A stretch of DNA of 64,000 nucleotides from Limisphaerales bacterium (GTDB lineage Bacteria > Verrucomicrobiota > Verrucomicrobiia > Limisphaerales > UBA1096), in contig SHAK01000001.1 in the NCBI GenBank assembly GCA_004213515.1, forward strand, positions 86,359 to 150,358, in the 5' to 3' direction. Position 1 is the stretch's first letter. Every line of letters starts with the position of its first letter. Below, piece after piece: positions 40,359 through 50,886 of this stretch. Under the pieces are notes generated by a model, which saw only the letters and a list, made by a program, of their open reading frames with translations, did not search any database and was not told the DNA's origin. Made by a program: the position numbers and the translations under genes.

Positions 40359-43175
40359 ATGCGTACGTCGTCGGGAGATGGAGCTCTCTCAGGCCTCACT
40401 AAAGAAGAACGTCAAAAACCTCGCGGTCAAATCGGCCATGCGGAAAATTCATTATTTCTTGAAGAAAATTATGAACAATGGCGTATAGATCCGACAAGTG
40501 TTGATGCAAATTGGCAATCATTTTTCGAGGGTTTTGAACTAGGATCTCAACTCGAGCCAGACACAGAAATTACTGGCAGTAAAAATGAATCGCAAAGCGA
40601 TACTAATCATACCACCTCAGTCTTACCTGTCGTGGATCCTATGCGACAAGGAAGATTATCTCATCTATTGTTTGCATATCGTATGTTGGGTCATTATCTA
40701 GCAAATCTTGATCCACTAGGGTTCAACAAGCAGGAACTTCCAGAGTTGGAATTACATAATTTCAAATTTACTGAAGCAGACTTAGATCAGGAGTTTAATG
40801 CTGGCACAGCAGGAGGAGGAGGTCAAAAAACACTTCGTGAAATTCTACAAATCCTAAAAGACACTTACTGCCGTACCGTTGGAGCGCAATACATGCACAT
40901 CCAAAAATTCGAAATACGAAGATGGTTACGAGACAGAATGGAATCCACACGGAACCGTCCAATTTTTAAAAAAGAAAAAAAACGCCGAATACTCAAAAGT
41001 TTAATTGATGCCGAGCACTTTGAGAAATTTTTACATACGAGCTATGTAGGTCAAAAACGTTTTTCATTAGAAGGAGGCGAAACTCTCATCCCCGTTCTTG
41101 ATGCAATTATTGAAGGATCACCAAATCGTGGAATTTTCAAGATTGTGATGGGAATGGCGCATCGAGGACGACTCAACGTTTTAGCTAATATAATTGGCAA
41201 AGACTATAAGTTTTTATTCGATGAATTTGACGATAATTACGTACAGCAAGATGCACACGGCGATGGTGATGTTAAGTATCACCTAGGATATGAGAATACT
41301 CGCACTACCTCAGGCGGCAGCAAAGTTAGCATTAATTTAGCTCCCAACCCCAGCCATCTCGAAGCTGTTAGCCCAGTAGTTCAGGGCAAGACACGCGCTT
41401 TTCAGCGACTACTTAGCGACTCAAAGAATCGGCAAATGGTCTTGCCCGTCGTAATTCACGGAGATGCAGCATTTATAGGGCAAGGTATAGTGGCTGAGAC
41501 ATTCAATATGTCCCAACTTGAAGGATATAAGACGGGGGGGACTGTTCACATTGTCATTAATAACCAAATCGGATTCACCACCCTACCTCATGATTCACGC
41601 TCTACTTTATACTGCACTTCAACTGCTAAAATGCTGGATGTCCCAATTTTTCATGTAAACGGAAATGATCCTATCGCTGCTGTACATTGTATCGAAATGG
41701 CACTGGATTTCAGGCAGCAATTCAGTCGTGACGTTGTTGTTGATATTGTCTGCTACAGAAAGCATGGCCACAATGAAGGTGACGAACCAAGTTTCACTCA
41801 ACCTCAACTCTATGCAGCCATTGCAAATCAACCACTGATAAGCGATCTATTACTAAATTCACTTGCAAATGAAAACGTAATCAACAGGGATGAAGCGGAA
41901 GGATTTCGAAACTCATTTCAGGTTGCTCTCGAGTGTGCACGCAATGAATCTCGTAGTGAAACACATAAATTAAAGCCAGCAATCAAACCTCCACTAAGCA
42001 GCCCTGAGCTACTAGAAGAATGTAATACCTCAATCAATCTGGACCAAATTAAAGAAATAGGCCTTTCGCTGACTTCAGAACCAAAAGATTTCAACATTAA
42101 CCCAAAGATAAAGCGTTTAATCAGTCAACGCCGTGAGATGGTCCAAGGAGAGAGACCTATTGATTGGGGTATGGCCGAAGCCCTAGCCTTTGGATCACTA
42201 TTAACTGAAAAGATTCCAGTTAGACTTACTGGACAAGATGTTCGTCGCGGCACATTTAGTCATAGACATGCAGTTTATTATGAAGTTGGCACACGGAAAA
42301 GATACATACCACTCCGTAACCTATCCACTAATCAAGGTGATTTTCGAATTTTTAATTCTCCATTAACGGAAGCCGCCGTTCTTGGATTTGAATTCGGATA
42401 CTCCCTGGACTGTCCCAATATGCTACTTTTATGGGAAGCGCAGTTTGGAGACTTTACTAATGGAGCACAGGTTATAATTGATCAGTTTATCACCTCATCA
42501 GAGAGCAAGTGGAATGAAACCTCTAATATTGTATTATTACTACCTCACGGTTACGAAGGGCAAGGACCTGAACACTCTAGCGGGAGACTCGAGAGATTCT
42601 TGCAGTCGTGCGCCGAAGACAATATTCAAGTAGGTAATTTGACGACTCCGTCTAATCTATTTCATGCACTTCGCAGGCAGGCCCTCCGAACATGCAACAA
42701 ACCTCTAATCCTTATGACCCCTAAGAGTTTGCTTCGTGACCCACGCTGCACCTCATCGATTGCAGATCTAACAGATAGTAATTTTAATGAAATAATTCCT
42801 GATACTAAAAGAAACTCTTCAGCAAAACGCATCATTTTCTGTACTGGAAAAGTTTACTTCGACTTGGAGGCTTACAGAGAAAAACACAACTTAAATCACA
42901 CTGCAATTATTCGCATTGAACAGCACTATCCACTTCACAAATCGAAACTACTCGAAGCAGTTAAATGCCATCCAGAAGCAAGCTCCTTTGTTTGGTGCCA
43001 AGAAGAATCAGAGAACATGGGCGCTTGGTCTTTCTTTGAATCAATACTTAGAAAGTTACTAAACCAAGAAATCATTTATGCAGGACGCGACGCATCTGCA
43101 AGCCCAGCTACCGGCTCACGTGCCATACATCTCTTAGAACAGACCAAACTTATTGAGGAAGCCTTCACCCTTTAA
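40359..43175 (+). CDS. sucA: 2-oxoglutarate dehydrogenase E1 component
   Basis: The 938-aa protein has the ThDP-binding GDAAFxGQG region ([19 protein letters not shown]) and carries E1o-type N- and C-terminal domains. Confidence 0.95.
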   Translation: MRTSSGDGALSGLTKEERQKPRGQIGHAENSLFLEENYEQWRIDPTSVDANWQSFFEGFELGSQLEPDTEITGSKNESQSDTNHTTSVLPVVDPMRQGRLSHLLFAYRMLGHYLANLDPLGFNKQELPELELHNFKFTEADLDQEFNAGTAGGGGQKTLREILQILKDTYCRTVGAQYMHIQKFEIRRWLRDRMESTRNRPIFKKEKKRRILKSLIDAEHFEKFLHTSYVGQKRFSLEGGETLIPVLDAIIEGSPNRGIFKIVMGMAHRGRLNVLANIIGKDYKFLFDEFDDNYVQQDAHGDGDVKYHLGYENTRTTSGGSKVSINLAPNPSHLEAVSPVVQGKTRAFQRLLSDSKNRQMVLPVVIHGDAAFIGQGIVAETFNMSQLEGYKTGGTVHIVINNQIGFTTLPHDSRSTLYCTSTAKMLDVPIFHVNGNDPIAAVHCIEMALDFRQQFSRDVVVDIVCYRKHGHNEGDEPSFTQPQLYAAIANQPLISDLLLNSLANENVINRDEAEGFRNSFQVALECARNESRSETHKLKPAIKPPLSSPELLEECNTSINLDQIKEIGLSLTSEPKDFNINPKIKRLISQRREMVQGERPIDWGMAEALAFGSLLTEKIPVRLTGQDVRRGTFSHRHAVYYEVGTRKRYIPLRNLSTNQGDFRIFNSPLTEAAVLGFEFGYSLDCPNMLLLWEAQFGDFTNGAQVIIDQFITSSESKWNETSNIVLLLPHGYEGQGPEHSSGRLERFLQSCAEDNIQVGNLTTPSNLFHALRRQALRTCNKPLILMTPKSLLRDPRCTSSIADLTDSNFNEIIPDTKRNSSAKRIIFCTGKVYFDLEAYREKHNLNHTAIIRIEQHYPLHKSKLLEAVKCHPEASSFVWCQEESENMGAWSFFESILRKLLNQEIIYAGRDASASPATGSRAIHLLEQTKLIEEAFTL

Positions 43176-43185
43176 TCGACAATTC

Positions 43186-44424
43186 ATGCCTACCCAAATC
43201 AAAGTTCCAGCAGTTGGTGAATCCATTAAAACGGTATATATAGCTGAATGGAAAAAGAATACCGGCGAATACTGCAATGCCGGGGATATTATTTGTGAAA
43301 TTGAAACAGACAAAGCCTCACAAGAAATACCCACAGAAGTATCTGGCATCATCACTACATCAGCAGAAATTGGGGACGAACTTCCCATCGGCGGAGTACT
43401 TGCCATAATTGATGAATCTGTAAATGAGGGCAATCCTGAGAAAGCTAACATCAGTAATGACTCAAATACAAATAAAGCTAATTCAGATGAAAACCAGATA
43501 TCAAAAACAGCTACCTCAAAAGAGACCTTAACTACTCCATCAGCTAGGGTTCATGCAGAAGAGCTTGGTATTGAATTATCAAATATCAAAGGCTCTGGTA
43601 AAGATGGGCGCATCCTGAAAGAAGATGTATTAGCCTCTACAAATGTTGAAAAAGAAGCGAAAACTTCTAACTTAATAGCTGGCAAAGATAATTTTAGCTC
43701 TGCATTGGAGTCTTCATCTGCCGAAGTAGTTGGCTTTACTCGCAAGCGAATGAGCATGATGCGACGCACTATCGCTAACCGTCTAGTCAGTGCACAAAAT
43801 GAGGCAGCTATGTTGACTACATTTAATGAAGCCGACATGTCTCAAATTATCGATTTACGCAAAACTCACCAAGAAAAGTTTATTGAAGCTCACGGTGTCA
43901 AATTAGGTTATATGTCGCTATTTGTGAAAGCTGTAGTTCATGCAATAGAAACTGTACCTAATGTTAATGCTGCCATTGATGGAAACGACATAATTTTATA
44001 CGACAAACCACATATAGGAGTGGCAATTTCTACAGAAAAAGGACTAGTCGTTCCAGTCATTAGAAATGCTAATGATCTCTCACTTGCAGACATTGAGAAA
44101 GCCATTATCAAACATGCTGAAAAAGCTCGATCAGGAAATGTCGAATTGAACGACCTTACTGGAGGTACTTTTAGCATTACCAATGGGGGTATTTTTGGAT
44201 CCATGATGTCCACTCCAATTTTAAATCCCCCACAAAGCGGCATACTAGGGATGCACACCATTCAGGAACGCCCGGTGGCACTAAATGGCCAAGTCGTTAT
44301 ACGGCCAATGATGTACCTCGCACTAACTTATGATCATCGAATCGTTGATGGCCGTGAGGCTGTTACCTTCCTAGTTGCTATTAAGGAGTTTATTGAAAAC
44401 CCAAATCTTAACTTGATAGATTAA
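43186..44424 (+). CDS. sucB: Dihydrolipoyllysine-residue succinyltransferase (E2o)
   Basis: A lipoyl domain (EIETDKA), an E3-binding domain and the catalytic DHRxxDG ([13 protein letters not shown]) are present. The ATG at 43186 is preferred over the ORF-track start at 43153 because it directly follows the sucA stop. Confidence 0.95.
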   Translation: MPTQIKVPAVGESIKTVYIAEWKKNTGEYCNAGDIICEIETDKASQEIPTEVSGIITTSAEIGDELPIGGVLAIIDESVNEGNPEKANISNDSNTNKANSDENQISKTATSKETLTTPSARVHAEELGIELSNIKGSGKDGRILKEDVLASTNVEKEAKTSNLIAGKDNFSSALESSSAEVVGFTRKRMSMMRRTIANRLVSAQNEAAMLTTFNEADMSQIIDLRKTHQEKFIEAHGVKLGYMSLFVKAVVHAIETVPNVNAAIDGNDIILYDKPHIGVAISTEKGLVVPVIRNANDLSLADIEKAIIKHAEKARSGNVELNDLTGGTFSITNGGIFGSMMSTPILNPPQSGILGMHTIQERPVALNGQVVIRPMMYLALTYDHRIVDGREAVTFLVAIKEFIENPNLNLID

Positions 44425-44432
44425 TTTAAAAA

Positions 44433-45824
44433 ATGGAATTTGATTTAATTGTAATTGGAGCCGGACCAGGCGGATACACTGCTGCCATTAAGGCTGCTCA
44501 GTTAGGTATAAAAACTGCTATTATTGAGAAAGAAAATAACTTAGGTGGCACCTGCTTAAATGTTGGGTGTATTCCCAGCAAAGCACTTCTCTCATCCTCT
44601 GAGTTGTACCAACAAGCAAAGCATCACTTCAAAAACCACGGTATTCATTCTGAAAGCTTATCAATAGATGTTGAGGCTATGATGAAACGCAAGGAAGGCG
44701 TTATAAGAAAAATGGCTCGCGGCATTGATTATTTGATCAAAAAAAACAACATCGAACACTTTAGTGGAACTGGCCGCATAATTAGTTCCAGTGAAGTTGA
44801 AGTTGATCAAGGTAAACAGAAAAAAAATCTCAAAACTAAACGAATCCTGATCGCAACCGGAAGCAAAGTAAGCGGCCTCCCATTCCTCGATTTCGATGGC
44901 AACACTGTCCTCAGTAGCGATCACGCAATTTCACTTAATCAAACGCCAGATTCTATGGTAGTAATTGGAGGAGGCGCGATTGGTCTAGAACTAGGCTCGG
45001 TGTGGGCAAGGCTTGGAACTAAAGTTGACATTATTGAGTCCCTGCCGCGCATTGCTACTATTTTTGATCAAGATGTCACTCAACCACTTCAAAAGCTTCT
45101 TCAAAAACAGGGTGTAAAATTCCATCTAAACACAAGAGTAGAAGCAGCCGAAAAAACGAAAAATGGCATCAAAATCACTACATCAAACAAAGATAAAAAA
45201 AATGATATCGAAGCTGAGAAAGTCCTAGTCGCTGTTGGACGTAAACCTAACACTGAAAATCTAGGATTAGAGGAAATAAAAATTACTCTAGATGAAAAAG
45301 GGTGCATCCAAATTGACGAAAACTGGCAAACCAACATTTCAGGAATTTACGCAATTGGCGATGTAGTAACTGGACCAATGCTTGCCCACAAAGCTGAACA
45401 GGAAGCAATAGCTGTTGTGGAACGAATTGCAGGAAAGGCGGGCCAGGTAAATTATAATACTATCCCATGGGTGATTTACACTTCGCCTGAAGTTGCAGCA
45501 GTTGGTCTTACAGAAATGGAAGCGATTGAAAAAGGATTTGAAGTATCAACAGGAATTTTTCCTTTCCAAGCAAACGGACGCGCCGTCGCCAGCGACCATT
45601 CAGATGGGCTAGCTAAAATAATTTCTAATAAGGCAAATGATCGAGTACTCGGAGCACAAATTTTATCTGCAAACGCTTCAGAGCTTATAGCGGAGGCTGT
45701 GTTACTCATGGAATTTGAAGGCAGTACGGAAGATTTAGCGCGCACAATTCACGCACATCCCACGATGTCAGAAGGTTTAAGAGAAGCAGCCCATATTTCT
45801 TTAGGTGAGCCACTTCACATGTAG
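44433..45824 (+). CDS. lpdA: Dihydrolipoyl dehydrogenase (E3)
   Basis: The protein has GAGPGGY (FAD binding), the redox disulfide GGTCLNVGCIPSK, and a C-terminal HAHPTMSE. Confidence 0.95.
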   Translation: MEFDLIVIGAGPGGYTAAIKAAQLGIKTAIIEKENNLGGTCLNVGCIPSKALLSSSELYQQAKHHFKNHGIHSESLSIDVEAMMKRKEGVIRKMARGIDYLIKKNNIEHFSGTGRIISSSEVEVDQGKQKKNLKTKRILIATGSKVSGLPFLDFDGNTVLSSDHAISLNQTPDSMVVIGGGAIGLELGSVWARLGTKVDIIESLPRIATIFDQDVTQPLQKLLQKQGVKFHLNTRVEAAEKTKNGIKITTSNKDKKNDIEAEKVLVAVGRKPNTENLGLEEIKITLDEKGCIQIDENWQTNISGIYAIGDVVTGPMLAHKAEQEAIAVVERIAGKAGQVNYNTIPWVIYTSPEVAAVGLTEMEAIEKGFEVSTGIFPFQANGRAVASDHSDGLAKIISNKANDRVLGAQILSANASELIAEAVLLMEFEGSTEDLARTIHAHPTMSEGLREAAHISLGEPLHM

Positions 45825-45864
45825 TGGTTGAAACACAAATATTGTTCAGACAGAAGCCAAACAC

Positions 45865-45896
45865 AAAAAACGCCAGCTTAAGCCGGCGTTTTTTTG
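45865..45896. terminator. Bidirectional rho-independent terminator hairpin between the convergent lpdA (+) and skp (-) genes
   Basis: The sequence AAAAAA-CGCCAGCTTAAGCCGGCG-TTTTTTT is a GC-rich imperfect hairpin flanked by an A-tract upstream and a T-tract downstream. Confidence 0.6.
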
Positions 45897-45910
45897 GTTG
45901 TAAATTTAAA

Positions 45911-46561
45911 TTATTTTCCCAATGGAGGTTCTGGTACTGCCAAAGTTGGTTTCTTTGTTCTGTATTCTTCTGGCGCTTCCTTATTCAACTCCTCTATGAC
46001 CTCTTTAGTAAGATCATTTTTACCCACTGTATAAAGAACTAGAGCTGCGTCGTTTTGAGCAGAATTAACAACTAAATCATAACTTCCCTGCTTAGCTTTA
46101 GCAGAAATTATCTCTTTAATTTCGTCGACTCGGGCCTTACTCAAACGTGCCCGCATTTCACCCATAGTACGCTGCTTGTTTTGCCGATACTCTGTAAGAC
46201 TTCTTAGGGATCTGTCATTAGCTGCCGCTTTTAAACGTGCTTGCTTACTATCTTCTTCTCGTTTGGAAGCAGCATTAGCAGGGTCCTGAGCACTTTGAAC
46301 AAGTCGCGAATACTCCTCTTGTATGAGTTTAATATCGTCCACCATACCTTGTTCAATTTTATTAAAATCAGTCTCACGCTCTTTTATTTGCTTATTAGAA
46401 AGTGTTGTTTTCCAATAGGATTCAAATGTTTTTGACATGTCGACTGTAGCAATCTTAAGCGACTCCTGTGAATATATTGTGCTAGTAAAGGCCGCTAAAG
46501 CCAATATTGACACCACTGCCCTCAATAAACTCAGTTGTATTATGGTTGATTTTGCTATCAT
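45911..46561 (-). CDS. skp: OmpH/Skp periplasmic chaperone
   Basis: A signal peptide is followed by a lysine/glutamate-rich coiled coil (ATVDMSKTFESYWKT...). The gene lies immediately downstream of bamA, which is the usual arrangement. Confidence 0.82.
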   Translation of the reverse strand: MIAKSTIIQLSLLRAVVSILALAAFTSTIYSQESLKIATVDMSKTFESYWKTTLSNKQIKERETDFNKIEQGMVDDIKLIQEEYSRLVQSAQDPANAASKREEDSKQARLKAAANDRSLRSLTEYRQNKQRTMGEMRARLSKARVDEIKEIISAKAKQGSYDLVVNSAQNDAALVLYTVGKNDLTKEVIEELNKEAPEEYRTKKPTLAVPEPPLGK

Positions 46562-46572
46562 TATAAATTTGA

Positions 46573-49308
46573 TTAAAAACTTCGGTTATACCCAACCCCA
46601 AAATGAAATTGCCCACTTCCTTCGGCATAGTCGGGATGAGATAGAGGGAAACCATAGTCTAATCTTAATGGGCCAAGCATTGGAACCTGAAGACGTAATC
46701 CAACTCCCCAATTGTCTGCATACTCGCCAAGATCAAATTCGTATGGGTCGAGATAAGACATACCGATATCATAAAAAACTGCAAAGCGGAATTGTTGGAT
46801 AATCGGAATAGTATATTCAAGAGAACTAAACCAATAGCTACTTCCACCTAATGGCTCAGATCCATCTGCAGCGACAGGACTCCACTTAGTTCCATCTCCA
46901 GGATGATAAACCGCATTTTGGTTTCCATTAAAAGGGAATTCGGATGGAGAATAATTAACTGGAATAAATTTGTTAGCTTCAACCAATTCCCCATCACGCG
47001 TAATGTCTACAAAATAACCGTAATGCTCTTTTCCTTCATGCATTTCTCGGCCAACCTTCCATTTTTGTAAGCGCGGGCCAATGTCACGATAATCATATCC
47101 TCTCATATTATAGCTGCCACCCAGAAAAAATCGATCAAAGTAAGGAACACGATCGCTTTCACCAAAGTTGTCAACTACTCCAATTCGACCAATAACTTCA
47201 AGAACATGACCTTGCCAAAGACCTGGAAAATAATAGGCACTTTCAAGCTCTAACCGATACATTTCGGTTTCTCCGCCAAATGGACCTCCGGCAATCTCAG
47301 CGGATAATTGTGTTCGTTGACCCCGACTTGGCATTAATCCATGATTCAGAGTGCTATAAGTTAGAAATGTTCCTAATTTTGATACTAAACGGTCATAGTT
47401 TAGCTCAGAATACTCACCTTCATCCTTACGATCATTATCGTAATACCAATCAAATGGATTTCCAGTAAGAGTATCAGGATGAACCAAACCTGTTTGAATC
47501 ATATCATGTTCTCGAAGGATATCTGAGTAATATGATCTGTCATGAATACCTATCTTCTCTATAGTGTAATTAACACCTCCATAGGTAAAATCATTCCATA
47601 AAGTCTTTGAAAACCCTAGCTTTGCCCCGGTCTGTTTTTGGTTGAAATAGTTACTATAAAAGCGATTATCACGATGATACAAATCAACCGATAATCTCAG
47701 CTTCCGATCTAGAAAATAAGGTTCTTCAAAAGTAACCATGTAATCTTCATGACGACTACCGGCAGTAATTTGTAGCCGGAATTTCTGGCCTCCGCCTGTG
47801 AAATACGGAGGATTAAATAAATCAAAATTACCTTGGGTAAAACCAACCTGCCCATAAAGGGACATTATAGAACCATAACCAAAACCCATCATTAGGTTTG
47901 CAGTACGACCCTCGGTAACACCAATCACCAAATTACGCTTATTAGGAAGCTCTTCAATTCGCTCAACCTGTGTGTCTACTTTGTCAAATAATCCCGTACC
48001 CTCTAAGCGACGCTTACTAAGCTCGACACTTACCATATCAAACACTTCACCAGGGTTGATTGCCAACTCCCGGCGGATTACTTTGTCTTTGGTAGTGGTA
48101 TTCCCACGAATCTCAATCTTTTCGACCTCCACTTGCTCCTGCTCATCGATGATATAGTTAAGATCAATTTCTCCTGTATCAGTGTTGGATTGTTTAGAAA
48201 CTCTAACATTTGCATCCAAATAACCGTCCATCTCATACAAATCAGTTATAGCACGAACATCATCGACCAGACCTTGTGGTGTAAAAATGGCTCCCTCAGT
48301 CATGTAAAGCCGAACAAATTGTTCGAAAGTCACTTTACCTGATCGAATGTCATTATCTGTAAGTATATCATTTCCTTCGAATGTAACTTTTCCAACTCGA
48401 TACTGGTATCCCTCAGAGATGCTGAGACGTATAATCATACTATCTTCTTTAGGATACTCAAATTTCACCTCTCCAATTTTAAAGTCAATATAACCTTCAG
48501 ACTGATAATATTTTACTAACTGATCGAGATCTTCATCCCACTGTTCTTCCTCAAACTTTCCGCTTCCAGTTAACCAGGACAACCACCAGCGTCGACGGGT
48601 TTTCAAGACCTTGCGCAACTCACGTTGCGAAAATGCATTAGCATTATCAAATATAATTTCAGTAATCCTTACCTTAGCTCCTGGGTTAATTTGGAAAGTA
48701 ACCGAAGCCTCTCCCAATTCCTCGTTTCGCTCAATCTGAGTTTCAACTGAAGCTTCATGATAGCCGGCTTTTTGATACTCTTTGATCAAGATTTGTTTGT
48801 CGGCCGCCAAACGCAACCCATTAAGTGTTTCTCCTGTGCGGGATCGAATTTTTCTGCGTAGTTTAGAGTCTCGAAATTTACGACCACCTACATTTCCGTC
48901 GAATCGAATCTCCATTACAGTCGGCAAACCTATTAAAGTGTAGTGAACAATTACTCCATCCCTCGTATCCTCAACCCGGACACGTACATTCATAAAAAAA
49001 TTAGTGCCCATGAGACTAGTGATATCCTCATCGGTGGTCTTTGGATTGAATGGCTGGCCTGGTTTTAGCCTAATATGAGCCTTAACAAGCTGATCACTAG
49101 CCGCAACAGGGCCGCTATGATGCAAAACGATTTGCTTTACCAACTTAGCAGGAGAACCACTTGCGGTTTGGCCTTTAACGAAATTAGGTAAAAAAAGAAA
49201 AACAAATAACAACAACCCTGAGGATAATTGCCCAAACATATTTATCAACCCCTTCAGGCTAGTCATCCTGCGGGAGGTCTTCGGGATTGAACTTTGCTGC
49301 ATTCTCAA
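46573..49308 (-). CDS. bamA: Outer membrane protein assembly factor BamA (Omp85; POTRA repeats plus a C-terminal beta-barrel)
   Basis: The 911-aa protein has a signal peptide, multiple POTRA-like modules, and a C-terminal barrel ending in an aromatic residue (…NRSF). The true start is probably an internal Met at 49266 or 49239, because the ORF-track start at 49308 overlaps dnaB. Confidence 0.9.
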   Translation of the reverse strand: MRMQQSSIPKTSRRMTSLKGLINMFGQLSSGLLLFVFLFLPNFVKGQTASGSPAKLVKQIVLHHSGPVAASDQLVKAHIRLKPGQPFNPKTTDEDITSLMGTNFFMNVRVRVEDTRDGVIVHYTLIGLPTVMEIRFDGNVGGRKFRDSKLRRKIRSRTGETLNGLRLAADKQILIKEYQKAGYHEASVETQIERNEELGEASVTFQINPGAKVRITEIIFDNANAFSQRELRKVLKTRRRWWLSWLTGSGKFEEEQWDEDLDQLVKYYQSEGYIDFKIGEVKFEYPKEDSMIIRLSISEGYQYRVGKVTFEGNDILTDNDIRSGKVTFEQFVRLYMTEGAIFTPQGLVDDVRAITDLYEMDGYLDANVRVSKQSNTDTGEIDLNYIIDEQEQVEVEKIEIRGNTTTKDKVIRRELAINPGEVFDMVSVELSKRRLEGTGLFDKVDTQVERIEELPNKRNLVIGVTEGRTANLMMGFGYGSIMSLYGQVGFTQGNFDLFNPPYFTGGGQKFRLQITAGSRHEDYMVTFEEPYFLDRKLRLSVDLYHRDNRFYSNYFNQKQTGAKLGFSKTLWNDFTYGGVNYTIEKIGIHDRSYYSDILREHDMIQTGLVHPDTLTGNPFDWYYDNDRKDEGEYSELNYDRLVSKLGTFLTYSTLNHGLMPSRGQRTQLSAEIAGGPFGGETEMYRLELESAYYFPGLWQGHVLEVIGRIGVVDNFGESDRVPYFDRFFLGGSYNMRGYDYRDIGPRLQKWKVGREMHEGKEHYGYFVDITRDGELVEANKFIPVNYSPSEFPFNGNQNAVYHPGDGTKWSPVAADGSEPLGGSSYWFSSLEYTIPIIQQFRFAVFYDIGMSYLDPYEFDLGEYADNWGVGLRLQVPMLGPLRLDYGFPLSHPDYAEGSGQFHFGVGYNRSF

Positions 49309-50719
49309 ACCGTGTGAAACCTTTTAAAAATGTAAGGGGAACGTCCCCGGTTGGGCCATTGCGCTGTTTTGCAATCAAAAGATTCACAGGTCTGGCTTCA
49401 CTATCTGGATCATCCGTATCTTCATCAACCCCACCAGGCTTATACAACAAGCCCACTAAGTCAGCGTCCTGCTCAATAGAACCAGACTCTCGTAGATCAG
49501 ATAATCGTGGCTTACGATTTTTGTCCTTCTCAAGTTCGCGATTAAGCTGACTAAGAACAATAACCGGCACTCCAAGCGATTTGGCCAAGGCCTTAATACC
49601 ACTGGAAATCTCCGCAATTTCCTGTTGGCGATTCTCTCCTGCCCGACGCGAAGTAGAATGAAGCAGTTGCATGTAGTCAATGACAAATAGCTTTATATCA
49701 TGCTGCTGCCACATCCTTCGTGCGCGAGCACTTAGTTGCATAATAGAAAGTCCAGCCGAGTCATCGATGTGCAAACCAGATTTAGTCAAACGGCTAGCAG
49801 CCTCATGAATACGCGGAAAATCAGAATTCTTTAGAAAACCATCTCGTAAATCACGAAGATTTATACGAGCCAATGAACATAACATCCGCATCACCAATGA
49901 GTCAGCAGACATTTCCAAACTAAACACTCCCACTGGTAAATTTGAATTTAGAACCACATGCTCCACGATATTCATCGCCAGTGAAGTTTTACCCATACTA
50001 GGTCGAGCAGCCACTACGATCATCTCGCCAGCATGCAAACCAGTAGTCATCTTGTCTAAATCAGTAAAACCGGTTTCTACACCAGTACTAGCCCCTTTGT
50101 TTGTAAAATATTCCTCAATCGTTTCAATCGCCTTTGTGACGTGATCCTTTATGTCAGGCGTATCAGCTATATTATGATCGTTATTTATTGCTAGAACCGC
50201 CTGTTCAACTTCTCCAATCAATCTTTCAACCTCCCCTGATTCCTCATATGCATCAGAAATAGCTTGAGTACATGTTTGAATCATCCGTCGTAGAAGCCCT
50301 CTTTCCCTTACAATATCAAAATAATATTCCAGATTTGCTGCCGAAGGGACGCTATCTTGAAGTTGTGTGAGATAAGCTACTCCACCAATATTATCAAATT
50401 CTCCCGCTGCGCGAAGTTGATGAGATAATGTAAGGATATCAATGGGATCATTACTAGCAAACATCTCCACCATTGTAGCGTATATTGCCTGATGTCGAAG
50501 ATCATAAAACACACTCTCGTCCTTCACCTTTTCTATGCATTCAGGAAGATTCTGACGTGTATCTAGAAGTATACAACCTAACACCCCTTGCTCAGCAGCG
50601 AGATCATGCGGAGGAGTCCTCCCCAATGGAATGACCGGTAATTCCTCCTTTCGACGCGGAGTATTTTTCAAGTCTGCCGAGGGTGAATAAGTTGTCTCAA
50701 TTGCATCAGACACATACAA
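49259..50719 (-). CDS. dnaB: Replicative DNA helicase DnaB
   Basis: Walker A ARPSMGKTSLAMN and the DnaB C-terminal RecA-like fold are present. Length is 486 aa. Confidence 0.95.
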   Translation of the reverse strand: MYVSDAIETTYSPSADLKNTPRRKEELPVIPLGRTPPHDLAAEQGVLGCILLDTRQNLPECIEKVKDESVFYDLRHQAIYATMVEMFASNDPIDILTLSHQLRAAGEFDNIGGVAYLTQLQDSVPSAANLEYYFDIVRERGLLRRMIQTCTQAISDAYEESGEVERLIGEVEQAVLAINNDHNIADTPDIKDHVTKAIETIEEYFTNKGASTGVETGFTDLDKMTTGLHAGEMIVVAARPSMGKTSLAMNIVEHVVLNSNLPVGVFSLEMSADSLVMRMLCSLARINLRDLRDGFLKNSDFPRIHEAASRLTKSGLHIDDSAGLSIMQLSARARRMWQQHDIKLFVIDYMQLLHSTSRRAGENRQQEIAEISSGIKALAKSLGVPVIVLSQLNRELEKDKNRKPRLSDLRESGSIEQDADLVGLLYKPGGVDEDTDDPDSEARPVNLLIAKQRNGPTGDVPLTFLKGFTRFENAAKFNPEDLPQDD

Positions 50720-50886
50720 AGGGAACCGGAAAATCCTGAATATTGCAACTTAGAGAAACTCAAAACTTCCTCGACTGTTATCAACATAGTTATTCCCAAT
50801 ATTTAGGAGCAATTGTTATTAAAATTTAATATCTGTGGATATCTTCCCCTCGACCAATTCGAATATGACCTTTAAATTTTTCTTAG

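Noticed and set aside
45824-46042. 72-aa plus-strand ORF spanning the lpdA/skp terminator and running into the skp 3' end
   Set aside because: It crosses a terminator hairpin and overlaps a convergent gene, and its sequence is Phe/Trp/Cys-rich nonsense.
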